Below, one piece after another: positions 17,352-25,503 of a DNA stretch of 37,830 bases. The translations under genes and the position numbers were made by a program. Source of the stretch: Chloroflexota bacterium (GTDB lineage Bacteria > Chloroflexota > Anaerolineae > B4-G1); assembly GCA_011046405.1 (NCBI GenBank), contig DSAR01000164.1, positions 1-37,830 of the forward strand. The letters run 5' to 3'. Below the pieces are notes generated by a model. It saw only the letters and a list, made by a program, of their open reading frames with translations, had not been told where the DNA came from and made no database searches. Numbering within the stretch: position 1 is the first letter of the stretch; every line of letters begins with the position of its first letter.

Positions 17352-18197
17352 ATGATGAACGGATCGAATGCAGGAGGAAATGGCGCCTCGATGTCCTCGT
17401 TGGAAAATCGGCTGACCGAAGAGATTCAGGAGATCGCCGACATCGTCCGCCAGGTGCCGGCGGAGGATCCCCTGGGGCGGCTATTGATGCGCGTCATCCG
17501 GCGCCGGCCCTACATCCGGGCGTTAGCGATGATCAGTCCTGGCGGAAAGCTCTGGGCCTCGGCGTTGCCCCAGGACGTGGAGGCGGAAAGTATAGCCGCA
17601 ATGGCCGCTCCTGTCGCCTTGCTGGGGCGGCGGGTCGCCCTGGAACAATTGGGGTCCGATATGCGCCAGACGTACGTAGAGGGCGAGGGCGGGTACGCCA
17701 TCCTCCGGACGGTGGGGCAAGAGGCGGTGTTGCTCATCCTGGCCTCGACTGACGCGAACCTGGCCCTGGTCTTGCACGACGCGGATCTGTTAGAGCAGCA
17801 CGTTGCCCGCGTTCTCGGCGTATCCACCCCAGGCGCTGAAACGTGGACCGATGCCGCGCCGTCGATAGAGAAACTGCGCCGAATGCTCGGTGAAGGTCAA
17901 GGGCTGGAGGATCAGATCACTCACCTGAACGCCCTGCAGGCCAAACTGGAGTCGCTGGACCTGGGCTTGTTCCCAGAGCGGGTGCACGCTATTCGAAGCC
18001 GCCTGGAAGCGCCCACTTGCATCGAGGAAATTGAAGCCGATTTGATCGCTTTGGAACAGGACGTGATGGCTACGTTTGAACAGGATATGGCCTCGTCCGT
18101 CGCCGAACCGGGCGAGAGCGAGCAAGTCTATCGAGAGCATTCATATGTAAGGAGAGCGTTGAAATGGTTAGCATCGATGATCGAATCCGAAGATTAG
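17352..18197 (+). CDS. Roadblock/LC7 (MglB-like) domain protein with a ~140 aa helical C-terminal extension
   Basis: GGGAGG at 17345-17350; start is ATG 17352 or 17355. Roadblock pattern IRALAMISPGGKLWASALPQDVEAESIAAMAAPVALLGRRVA..L......TYVEGEGGYAILRTVGQEAVLLILASTDANLALVLHD. Confidence 0.75.
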   Translation: MMNGSNAGGNGASMSSLENRLTEEIQEIADIVRQVPAEDPLGRLLMRVIRRRPYIRALAMISPGGKLWASALPQDVEAESIAAMAAPVALLGRRVALEQLGSDMRQTYVEGEGGYAILRTVGQEAVLLILASTDANLALVLHDADLLEQHVARVLGVSTPGAETWTDAAPSIEKLRRMLGEGQGLEDQITHLNALQAKLESLDLGLFPERVHAIRSRLEAPTCIEEIEADLIALEQDVMATFEQDMASSVAEPGESEQVYREHSYVRRALKWLASMIESED

Positions 18198-18625
18198 GCG
18201 CGCTGCTGCGCCAGATGCAAGGATTGACGCCCAACATCGAGGCTTCAGCTATCGTCAGTCCTGATGGTCTCGTTCTGGCCTCGTCGCTGCCCGATGGCAC
18301 AGACGAAGAGGAGCTTGGCGCTATGTCGGCGGCGGTGCTCACGTTGGGCGAGCGTATTGCACGAGAACTGCTTTCGGGCCGGGTCAAACAGGTCTACGTC
18401 GAAGGAGAGGGAACCGGTTACGTCTTCTTGACATCTATTGGCAATGAGGCTATCCTAGTAACACTGGCCAACGTCGACGCCAAGTTGGCCCTGGTCTTCA
18501 TGGATATGGGACGTATCGCCGCGGAGGCGCGTCAGATCTTGCAAGAGGATTTATTGACCGAGGTGGAGGAGACGTCAGAGACTGTCCCAGCACTTGGTTT
18601 GCAAGACCCGTTGCAAGAGCAGTGA
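18164..18625 (+). CDS. Roadblock/LC7 (MglB-like) domain protein
   Basis: AAGGAGAG RBS (18149-18156), ATG 18164, 34-nt overlap with the upstream gene. IEASAIVSPDGLVLASSLPDGTDEEELGAMSAAVLTLGERIA..L..G...VYVEGEGTGYVFLTSIGNEAILVTLANVDAKLALVFMDM is a textbook Roadblock/LC7 pattern. Confidence 0.85.
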   Translation: MVSIDDRIRRLGALLRQMQGLTPNIEASAIVSPDGLVLASSLPDGTDEEELGAMSAAVLTLGERIARELLSGRVKQVYVEGEGTGYVFLTSIGNEAILVTLANVDAKLALVFMDMGRIAAEARQILQEDLLTEVEETSETVPALGLQDPLQEQ

Positions 18626-18667
18626 CCGATGATGTTAGACGCTAACGTCGCCTGAGCGCTGACTGAC

Positions 18668-18850
18668 GTATCATCTCAATCAACCGGGGCAAACTCGCTC
18701 GGGCCGGTCTCCTGACCGTGTCCGCTGTGGCTCGGTCGGGAGACCGGCCACAGCTGTCCCACGCACCCGCGCTCTCGTCGACCGCGCCGTGTGTCCGCTG
18801 TGGCTCGGTCGGGAGACCGGCCACAGCTCCCCAACTTATTGAGAAGATAC
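18668..18850 (+). mobile_element. MITE family B, copy 1 (carries an internal 38-bp duplication)
   Basis: Termini GTATCATCTCAAT... and ...TTATTGAGAAGATAC (inverted repeat GTATCWTCTCAATAA). Perfect 9-bp target-site duplication CTGACTGAC (18659-18667 and 18851-18859). Internal GGCCGGTCTCC / GGAGACCGGCC hairpin. Confidence 0.85.
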
Positions 18851-18867
18851 CTGACTGACTTCCGATA

Positions 18868-18972
18868 GTAACTGCTCAGGCTAGTCCCTGCTCAGGCTAG
18901 TCCCTTGCTGCGATGGAGAGTGGGGCCCCCGCCCATCCGCTGCAAACGGGCGCTAGGCTGAGCAGCAGTTAC
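18868..18972. mobile_element. small palindromic element (family C) flanked by an 8-bp direct repeat
   Basis: Inverted ends GTAACTGCTCAGGCTAG ... CTAGGCTGAGCAGCAGTTAC. Flanking TTCCGATA at 18860-18867 and 18973-18980. The internal unit TGCTCAGGCTAGTCCC occurs twice in tandem. A 15-bp fragment CTGAGCAGCAGTTAC recurs at 4216-4230. Confidence 0.6.
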
Positions 18973-18990
18973 TTCCGATAAATGGTGGAG

Positions 18991-19129
18991 GGGTGCGTTT
19001 CAAATGATTTGAACCTTGTTCGTAGTACGCGCGCTGGGTAGCGGCTTCAGCGCGTTTTTACGGCGATAAATCGCCTACTACAAACTTGGCCTCAAATCAA
19101 ATGAAACGCACCCAAATGAAACACGCCCT
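18991..19129. mobile_element. palindromic MITE-like element (family D) inserted at the ribosome-binding site of the next gene
   Basis: Inverted ends GGGTGCGTTTCAAATGATTTGA (18991-19012) and TCAAATCAAATGAAACGCACCC (19092-19113) plus a partial extra end copy. Flanked by a 7-bp direct repeat GGTGGAG (18984-18990 and 19130-19136). Confidence 0.65.
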
Positions 19130-19144
19130 GGTGGAGGTGATGAT

Positions 19145-20029
19145 ATGATGACCATACGACCCGCCTCATATATCACGAGCTTATGGGGGAAATCACGCTT
19201 TTTTACGCTGGTTATCGCTGTAGTCATGGGACACATCCTGTTACTCATCGGCTGCACACCGGCACCAAGGCAGCAGATCCCGGAACTGGGCCACGAGCAT
19301 CCCACAATGGCGCCATCGTCTGACGCCGGAGAAGTGATCGTCGCGCCCAGTGCTCAGAACTCGGGTGAGGCCGGTTGGGCCGGTGAAGATGGGCAGCAAT
19401 CTCTCATCCTGTGGATGAACCCATCAGTGGTGGACTTGACGGTCGGGGAATCCAGAATCATACAGGTACAGGTGGACAGACCGCAGGCCATGCACAACGT
19501 CGAGTTGCGCATTGAGTTCGATCCGAAATACGTCCGGGTGGAGGATAGCGACCCGAACACCGCCGGGGTGCAAATTCAGGCCGGAGATACCCCCGCAGCT
19601 TCCCAGGTGCAGCGCAATGAAGTCAGCAACGAGTCAGGCGTCATCATTTACCATGCCGCGCAGACGGCCAATAGCATCGAGAGTGTGAGCGGCATGGTGG
19701 CGAACTTCACGATACGGGCATTGATGGAAGGGGGCAGTCCTTTGCGCTTCGGTTTCGTCACGCTCCGGGATGAAAACGGCAATCCGCTCCCGACGCCTGA
19801 ATGGGTGAGCGGCCTGGCCATCATCAGCGTCGACGGCGTCGTGGATGCGCCGACAGCCCAAGCCGTATCGGAAGGGACCTTTCACGTGGTGCAGCCGGGG
19901 GATACGCTCGCTGTGATCGCTCAGCGTTACAATACGACGATCGAGAGTCTGTCTGCACTCAATGGGTTAGCGGAGCCAAACGGAATCTGGGTTGGACAGG
20001 TGTTGGTCCTGAAACACGCCGAGCCATGA
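19145..20029 (+). CDS. lipoprotein with cohesin-like domain and C-terminal LysM domain
   Basis: GGAGG, 7 nt, then ATG 19145. Lipobox LLLIGC. Cohesin-like VVDLTVGESRIIQVQV...VELRIEFDPKYVRV...GMVANFTIRALMEGGSPLRF. LysM FHVVQPGDTLAVIAQRYNTTIESLSALNGL..PNGIWVGQVLVL. Confidence 0.8.
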   Translation: MMTIRPASYITSLWGKSRFFTLVIAVVMGHILLLIGCTPAPRQQIPELGHEHPTMAPSSDAGEVIVAPSAQNSGEAGWAGEDGQQSLILWMNPSVVDLTVGESRIIQVQVDRPQAMHNVELRIEFDPKYVRVEDSDPNTAGVQIQAGDTPAASQVQRNEVSNESGVIIYHAAQTANSIESVSGMVANFTIRALMEGGSPLRFGFVTLRDENGNPLPTPEWVSGLAIISVDGVVDAPTAQAVSEGTFHVVQPGDTLAVIAQRYNTTIESLSALNGLAEPNGIWVGQVLVLKHAEP

Positions 20030-20051
20030 TTCAGTGACAGGCGCTTTTGCC

Positions 20052-20161
20052 GTATCATCTCAATAAACCGGGGCAAACTCGCTCGGGCCGGTCTCCCGAC
20101 CGAGCCACAGCGGGCACGGTCAGGAGACCGGCCACAGCTCCCCAACTTATTGAGAAGATAC
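20052..20161 (+). mobile_element. MITE family B, copy 2 (110 bp)
   Basis: Same arms as copies 1 and 3. Flanks CTTTTGCC / CTTTTTCC match 7 of 8. The central 26 bp is the exact reverse complement of that in copy 3 when the arms are aligned. Confidence 0.85.
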
Positions 20162-20319
20162 CTTTTTCCTCCTTTGCTCCCGCTGGATCACAATCCGGCG
20201 GTTTCGGGGCAGGAAAGCGCTTTTCTCGCTCCGCCGAGTGGTGGATTGTGATTCACTACGCACAGAAAGCAAGGCGGAACTCCGCCGCTATTAAAGCGTC
20301 CGGACTTACGCTTCTTCGA

Positions 20320-21291
20320 TTACACCAACCTCTCCGGCCATAGATCGATTTTTCCAAGGATTCTCTCTTCGTACCAGGTGACCGTCGTCCTCAAACCCTC
20401 TTCGACCGGCGTGCTGGGGTTGTATCCCAACACCCTCCGGGCTTTGTCGATCTTGGCGTGGGTCTTCAACTGATCGCCAGGCCGGCGCGGCCTGTGATCG
20501 ATCCTGGCCTGTCGCCCAATGATCTCCTCGACGGTTTGGATTCCCTCTCCCGTGGTGATGGCGGTGTCGGAACCGATGTTGAATATCTCGCCAATGCAGC
20601 GATCCAGGTTGTCCATCACGGCAACCAGCCCATCGACGATGTCGCCCACGTAGGTATAACTGCGCAAGTGGTGCTCGCTGCCCTCGAATAGCGGGAATGC
20701 TCGATCCTCCAAGATACAGCCAATCAGTTTGGGGTACAACTTCTCCGGTCGCTCGCGGGGGCCATAGACGGAGTAAAGGCGCGTTGAACAGGCGGGGAAT
20801 CCCTGATCACGATGGTGGGCCAGCGCCAATTGCTCCGCCGCCAGTTTGGTGACCCCATAGTAGGAAGCGGGCTTCGTCTCGGCCGTTTCGTCTTGCGTCG
20901 CCTCGAATCCGTAGACCGACGAGGTCGATATGTTGACCATGGCGCGGAGGGTATCAGAGGAGCGCAAAGCCTCGATGAGCCGGTAAGTGGCGGTGACGTT
21001 GTTCTCGACGTAGGTCTGGAAGGATACGCTGGCCGAGATGCCGGGTTGGGCGGCGGCGTGATAGACGATTTCGACCCCCTCCACTGCCGCGCTCAGATCG
21101 TCCGCCGACAGATCGAGAGGTAGGACGTCTACGCCCTTGTTCGCCAGATCATCGACGTTGAGCTTTTTGAGGGCTGTGGTGTAATTATCGTTGAGGCAAT
21201 CGAGGCCCACCACCGTGTGGCCCAGATCGGACAGGCGTTCGGACAGATGAGAACCGATGAATCCGGCCGCGCCTGTAACGAGAATCTTCAT
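20320..21291 (-). CDS. NAD-dependent sugar-nucleotide epimerase/dehydratase (SDR family)
   Basis: MKILVTGAAGFIGSHLSERL Rossmann motif; YGVTKLAAE (YxxxK). The ATG 21291 start is chosen because the upstream ORF extension runs into a repeat. Confidence 0.88.
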   Translation of the reverse strand: MKILVTGAAGFIGSHLSERLSDLGHTVVGLDCLNDNYTTALKKLNVDDLANKGVDVLPLDLSADDLSAAVEGVEIVYHAAAQPGISASVSFQTYVENNVTATYRLIEALRSSDTLRAMVNISTSSVYGFEATQDETAETKPASYYGVTKLAAEQLALAHHRDQGFPACSTRLYSVYGPRERPEKLYPKLIGCILEDRAFPLFEGSEHHLRSYTYVGDIVDGLVAVMDNLDRCIGEIFNIGSDTAITTGEGIQTVEEIIGRQARIDHRPRRPGDQLKTHAKIDKARRVLGYNPSTPVEEGLRTTVTWYEERILGKIDLWPERLV

Positions 21292-21408
21292 TGTGAATTG
21301 ATCCTTTCTTTTTACTGCCCGACATTCGTGGCCACAAGTCTGATTTTCTATCACGAATTACACGAATGGTCAAATTTCACGAATGCTTTTCCAAGTTAGC
21401 TTGCGCCG

Positions 21409-22629
21409 TTACTCGCCCGCAAAGATAGATTCGGCGCACTCAAGCAATCGCCCGGCTCGTTCTGGCTCGACGTCCCTGGTCTCCAGGTACTTGGCCAGGA
21501 GTGCGCGGTCGGTCATCTCTTCGGGGGATAGATGGCCCAGCCGGACGCGGTTTTCACGCTCGATCTGGCGATTGATCCCGCCGACGAAATAGGCGTCGGA
21601 GAGCAACGCGCGCACCTCCCGATCGCGCACCAATGGCTCTTGATCGGCTTTCATCCTGACGATCAGGCGAACGACGGCGCCCTTCAAGTCTTGAGCGGCG
21701 ATTGCCTGCTCCAGGGTCATCAGGGGGCTGGCACTTTCTCTCACGTCGACGCGCACGGTGACGAAAGGACGGGCTCGCGCCTCGACAAACGTCCACGATG
21801 CATCGCCCCGGATCAATTCAACCCAGCAGAAGCCCTTGGATTCCTTCTCCTCACCGAAGTCGATCCGCTCCAGGCTGCCGGCGTAGACCACGGGGGGATG
21901 CGCATCTTCGTTGATGCTCTGGTGACGGTGGACGTGACCCAGGGCGACGTAATCCCAGGCCGGATCGGCGAGCGCCGATTTGAAGATCACGGCGTCTCGG
22001 CCCACCATCACGCTCCGTTCGGACCCGTAGACCGCTCCAGAAACGCTCAGGTGGGCGGCCAACACCGCCGGTATGTCTGGATCGAGCGTTTCCTTCAGCG
22101 CCTGAATATTCTCGGTGACGATCTCACGCAGTGCCTGGTCCAACGCCTCGATGGACAGGCCGCGGTATTCGTCGTGGGCCAGGAGTCGTTGACGGACGGG
22201 ATAAGGAACCGTGGCGACCTGGATCGGCCCGTGCTTGGTCTCGATGGTGTGCATCCGTTCATCCCGGCCCACGATGACGTTGGGCACGTCGAGCGTGCTG
22301 AAAATATCGACGCTGGACGCCCGCTGGGTCATCGTCGGTAAGTCGTGGTTGCCCACCAGGAGGATGACGGGAACATCGGCGTCGGTCAGTCGTTTGACCC
22401 GCCGGGCGAAGGCTCGCTGGTAGGTAGGCGTGGGGTTACGGGTCTTGAAGGCGTCGCCGGTGAAGATCACCAGATCGACGTCCCGTTCCAGGCCGTAGTC
22501 GATCAGTTCGTCGAAGCGGCGCAGGAAATCGAGCACCCGCCCGTTGACGCCGGTGGCGGGATCTAGCCGTCCGTAGTTTTCCATGCCGACGTGAAGATCG
22601 GCGAAATGTATGAAGCGGATTTTGGTCAC
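21409..22629 (-). CDS. sbcD: SbcD/Mre11-family DNA repair exonuclease (calcineurin-like phosphoesterase)
   Basis: IRFIHFADLHVG, VIFTGDAF, LLVGNHD and GHVH metallophosphatase motifs in canonical order. 4-nt ATGA-type overlap with the upstream methyltransferase gene. Confidence 0.88.
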   Translation of the reverse strand: MTKIRFIHFADLHVGMENYGRLDPATGVNGRVLDFLRRFDELIDYGLERDVDLVIFTGDAFKTRNPTPTYQRAFARRVKRLTDADVPVILLVGNHDLPTMTQRASSVDIFSTLDVPNVIVGRDERMHTIETKHGPIQVATVPYPVRQRLLAHDEYRGLSIEALDQALREIVTENIQALKETLDPDIPAVLAAHLSVSGAVYGSERSVMVGRDAVIFKSALADPAWDYVALGHVHRHQSINEDAHPPVVYAGSLERIDFGEEKESKGFCWVELIRGDASWTFVEARARPFVTVRVDVRESASPLMTLEQAIAAQDLKGAVVRLIVRMKADQEPLVRDREVRALLSDAYFVGGINRQIERENRVRLGHLSPEEMTDRALLAKYLETRDVEPERAGRLLECAESIFAGE

Positions 22630-23903
22630 GAGTCTCCGGTGGGTGTGAAGAGCGCCACGCTCTCGACGTGGTAGGTCTGGGGGAACAAGTCGATCGGCTG
22701 CACCTCGACCAGGCGATACCCGGCGCGGGTCAGGCGCTGGGCGTCTCTTGCCAGGGTGGCGGGGTCGCAGGAGACGTAGACGAGGCGGGCGGGGCGACGC
22801 TCGACCAGGGCGTCGAGGGCGAAGCGGTCCAGGCCGGCGCGCGGCGGGTCCACGAGCGCGGCGTCTAGTCCAGCATCAAGCGGGACGTCCAAATCCGGCA
22901 GAACCGCCTCTACCGGCCCCTCGATCACGTCCACGTTCTCGAAGGGAGCGGTATTTTCCAGCAGATCGTCGACGGCGGCGGGCGCCTGCTCGACGCCGAT
23001 GACGAGTGCGGCCCGTTCGGCGATGTGGGTGGTGAAGAGGCCAACGCCGCAGTAAGCGTCGAGCACCGTCTCGGTTCCCTGCAGATCGAGGTAATCCAAC
23101 GCCTGCTCCACCAGCCGGGCCGCCTGGGCGGTGTTGACCTGGAAAAAAGAGGGGGCTGAGATGCGATACGTGTGCCCGGCGACGACCTCGGTGATGTGGT
23201 TGCGCCCGATCAGGTTGGCGTGGACGCCGTCAGAGAGCAGCATCACGCAGGAGACTGGCACATCGATCTCTAAACTGGGCGGCAAATCGTCTCGCATTTC
23301 GAAAATGAGCATGCGGTCGCCGGTGGCGACGCCGGCCCGTAACGAGAGCCGGACGAGTTCAGGGAGCTCGAACGCCGGGTCCAGGTGATCGTAGAGATCG
23401 GCGACCAGCGGGTGAAGGACCAGGCATGTCTCGATTGCAATCGTCCCCTGACCGCCGGCCCGCCGAAATCCTAGCCCCTCGCCCGACGCGGGATGAAATT
23501 GGGCGTGGTTGCGATACGCCCAGCCGGATTCGTCGGGAATTGTGGGTCGCACCAACGGCTCGGAAATGTCGCCGATGCGGGTCAGTTGATCGGCCACGAT
23601 CTCCGCCTTGAGACGCGCCTGGGCCGGGTAGTCGATGTGTTGCCACTGGCAGCCGCCGCATCCGCCCGGCCCGAAGTAGGGGCAGGGCGCTTCCACGCGC
23701 TCAGGAGAGGGCTCGACAATCTCAATGAGACGGGCAAACCCGTAGCGTCCCTTGTCGGCGGTGAGTTCCACACGCACGATTTCGCCGGGCAGGGTATAGG
23801 GGACGAAAATGGCGCGTCCGTCGTGCCGTCCCAGCGCATCACCGCCGTGGGCCATGCTCGTCACTTCCATGATAAAGGTCTGTTCGTTTTGTTTAGGTGG
23901 CAT
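22626..23903 (-). CDS. TRAM-domain RNA (uracil-5)-methyltransferase, RlmD/RumA family
   Basis: TRAM-like GGDALGRHDGRAIFVPYTLPGEIVRVEL. Cys cluster CPYFGPGGCGGCQWQH. SAM-MTase motifs DAYCGVGLF, VDPPRAGL, YVSCDPATLARD. Alternative starts at 23870 and 23855. Confidence 0.88.
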   Translation of the reverse strand: MPPKQNEQTFIMEVTSMAHGGDALGRHDGRAIFVPYTLPGEIVRVELTADKGRYGFARLIEIVEPSPERVEAPCPYFGPGGCGGCQWQHIDYPAQARLKAEIVADQLTRIGDISEPLVRPTIPDESGWAYRNHAQFHPASGEGLGFRRAGGQGTIAIETCLVLHPLVADLYDHLDPAFELPELVRLSLRAGVATGDRMLIFEMRDDLPPSLEIDVPVSCVMLLSDGVHANLIGRNHITEVVAGHTYRISAPSFFQVNTAQAARLVEQALDYLDLQGTETVLDAYCGVGLFTTHIAERAALVIGVEQAPAAVDDLLENTAPFENVDVIEGPVEAVLPDLDVPLDAGLDAALVDPPRAGLDRFALDALVERRPARLVYVSCDPATLARDAQRLTRAGYRLVEVQPIDLFPQTYHVESVALFTPTGDS

Positions 23904-24266
23904 GTGCTGCGCTTCTCCTTCTATTCCTGTCTGGATCGGGCGTTATTGTATCACTACCTATCGTATAAGGCAATCAAGCGCGCTCGTGGGAAAACGAAGC
24001 AAATCCAAGGGGGTTTAGACGCACAAGGTTGCCTCCTGAGCGGTTTGTCATGCGTATCAACCCCGGCTTCGTTTTCCTTGAGTTCATCTGCGGACGTTCT
24101 GAGCCATTTTAGCGATTTACGATTGCGGATTTTGTAAATTTATAACTTCCCCCACTTTATGCTCTAAGCCCCGTCCTCGGGGCGTTTGCGCGGGAGCTTA
24201 TTCTTTTATGAACCCTAAGCGGTTTGCGCTTGCGATTTGCTTCGAAAACCCCTCGTCACTTGCGAT

Positions 24267-24295
24267 TTGCAAGTATGGAGATATGCCAGTATACT
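24267..24295 (+). promoter_or_regulatory. sigma70-type promoter of the small LysM gene
   Basis: TTGCAA (24267-24272), 17-nt spacer, TATACT (24290-24295). Confidence 0.55.
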
Positions 24296-24355
24296 CGTGG
24301 CAGGCGCATTAGACGAGGGTGAATTATCATGTCTTTTGAGCAAGGAGGATAACAA

Positions 24356-24589
24356 ATGCCTATTAGAAAGGATGTCGATCGTATATCGGGGAAAAAAGCC
24401 CGCGACGATGAATTCTTGGCGAAACACACCGTGGGCTCTGGGGATAGTCTGAGCAAGATCGCCCAGACCTACTATGAATCCGGCGCGCGGGAAGCGTGGA
24501 TGCGCATCTACGAGGCGAACAAGGAGACAATTGGGGATGATCCGTCGCTGATCAAGCCGGGGATGGTGTTGAAAATTCCCAAAGTGTAG
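24356..24589 (+). CDS. small LysM peptidoglycan-binding domain protein (77 aa)
   Basis: AAGGAGG RBS then ATG 24356. HTVGSGDSLSKIAQTYYESG...YEANKETIGDDPSLIKPGMVLKIP is LysM of the YgaU C-terminal type. Confidence 0.85.
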   Translation: MPIRKDVDRISGKKARDDEFLAKHTVGSGDSLSKIAQTYYESGAREAWMRIYEANKETIGDDPSLIKPGMVLKIPKV

Positions 24590-24614
24590 CGTTAGACAAT
24601 GCGCCTGTTAGCTT

Positions 24615-24648
24615 AGAGATGATGCGAGAGCATCATCTCTGCTTTTTT
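24615..24648 (+). terminator. rho-independent terminator between convergent genes
   Basis: AGAGATGATGC gaga GCATCATCTCT (24615-24640) followed by GCTTTTTT (T-run 24643-24648). It abuts the kinase stop codon (24649-24651). Confidence 0.8.
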
Positions 24649-25503
24649 CTAGCCTCTGCCCCGTTCGATCAACGTCGATTCCAGCTTGAGCCCATCTTGA
24701 ACCAGCCGCATGCTGGGGATGCGCTTATCGCGATCTTTTTCCAGCATACAATAGATCAGGTCGACCAAGGCCTGCGGAATCTGGGGGCGAAATCGTTTGA
24801 GGTCTGGAATGGGCTGGGAAATAATGGCGACGGCTGTCGCGCCGACGCTCGTCCCCCTGAAGGGACGCGCCCCGGTCAACATCTCGTACAGGATAATGCC
24901 CAACCCCCACACGTCGGCGCGTCGATCCAGCATTTCGCCGTTACAAGCCTCTGGGCTGAAATAGTTGACGGTACCGACTCGCATGCCGGTCTGGGTCAGC
25001 CGGTCACTGCCGGCGATATAAGCGACACCGAAATCGGTCAGGTAAGGGACGCCCGCCTCGTTCAGCAAGACGTTGGACGGTTTCATATCCCGGTGAATGA
25101 TCCCCTGGCGGTGTGCGTGGGATAGGGCGTCGGCTAAATCAATCCCGATCTCGATGCTTCGCTCGACGGAAAAGACCCCGTTTTCCTTCAGACGATCACG
25201 TAAGGACACGCCAGACACGTATTCCATCACCAGGTAATGGCGTCCTTGATCCTCGACAGCGGCAATCATCTTGACGATGTTAGGGTGACTTAATTGCTGC
25301 AGGACCTCTCCCTCGCGAATGAGTCGATCGACGAGCTTGGCGTCTTCGGCGACAAGCGTGGGCTTCAGGGACTTGATGGCTACTTTCTGCTGGGTGTCCA
25401 AATCAATTCCCCAGTAGACGTTACCCATCCCACCTTTGTTGAGCAATTGTGTCTTCGGATCGGCAATTTTGAAACGTTTGGCAATGATTTGAAGAGCGCT
25501 CAT
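24649..25503 (-). CDS. Ser/Thr protein kinase, catalytic domain only
   Basis: GGMGNVY glycine loop, VAIKSL, HRDMKPSNVLL, DFGVA, SPE: Hanks-type motifs in order. No TM or sensor domain. Confidence 0.9.
   Translation of the reverse strand: MSALQIIAKRFKIADPKTQLLNKGGMGNVYWGIDLDTQQKVAIKSLKPTLVAEDAKLVDRLIREGEVLQQLSHPNIVKMIAAVEDQGRHYLVMEYVSGVSLRDRLKENGVFSVERSIEIGIDLADALSHAHRQGIIHRDMKPSNVLLNEAGVPYLTDFGVAYIAGSDRLTQTGMRVGTVNYFSPEACNGEMLDRRADVWGLGIILYEMLTGARPFRGTSVGATAVAIISQPIPDLKRFRPQIPQALVDLIYCMLEKDRDKRIPSMRLVQDGLKLESTLIERGRG

Noticed and set aside
18718-18828. CRISPR-like pattern: two 38-bp direct repeats GTGTCCGCTGTGGCTCGGTCGGGAGACCGGCCACAGCT (18718-18755 and 18791-18828) separated by a 35-bp unique spacer.
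   Set aside because: There are only two repeats. The repeat is the hairpin core of MITE family B, present singly and in either orientation at 20052-20161 and 25690-25799. The whole unit is bounded by the MITE termini and a 9-bp TSD. No cas genes or leader are present. It is best explained as an internal duplication within a MITE.
18642-20343. Small ORFs within repeats (18642-18824, 19927-20145, 20047-20343; also 9560-9856, 37035-37256, 21217-21399).
   Set aside because: They are translations of MITE and palindrome sequence (recurrent peptides such as GRSPDRAT and IRVIRG). They occur in both orientations and are not coding.
24180-24355. Possible riboswitch (e.g. a c-di-AMP ydaO-type, which often precedes LysM and cell-wall genes) upstream of the small LysM gene. 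The idea was prompted by a CCCCTCGTC ... GACGAGGG pairing.
   Set aside because: A good TTGCAA-17-TATACT promoter lies between the two halves of the pairing, so the 5' half would not be transcribed. The remaining ~55-nt leader is too short. I see none of the conserved ydaO sequence blocks.
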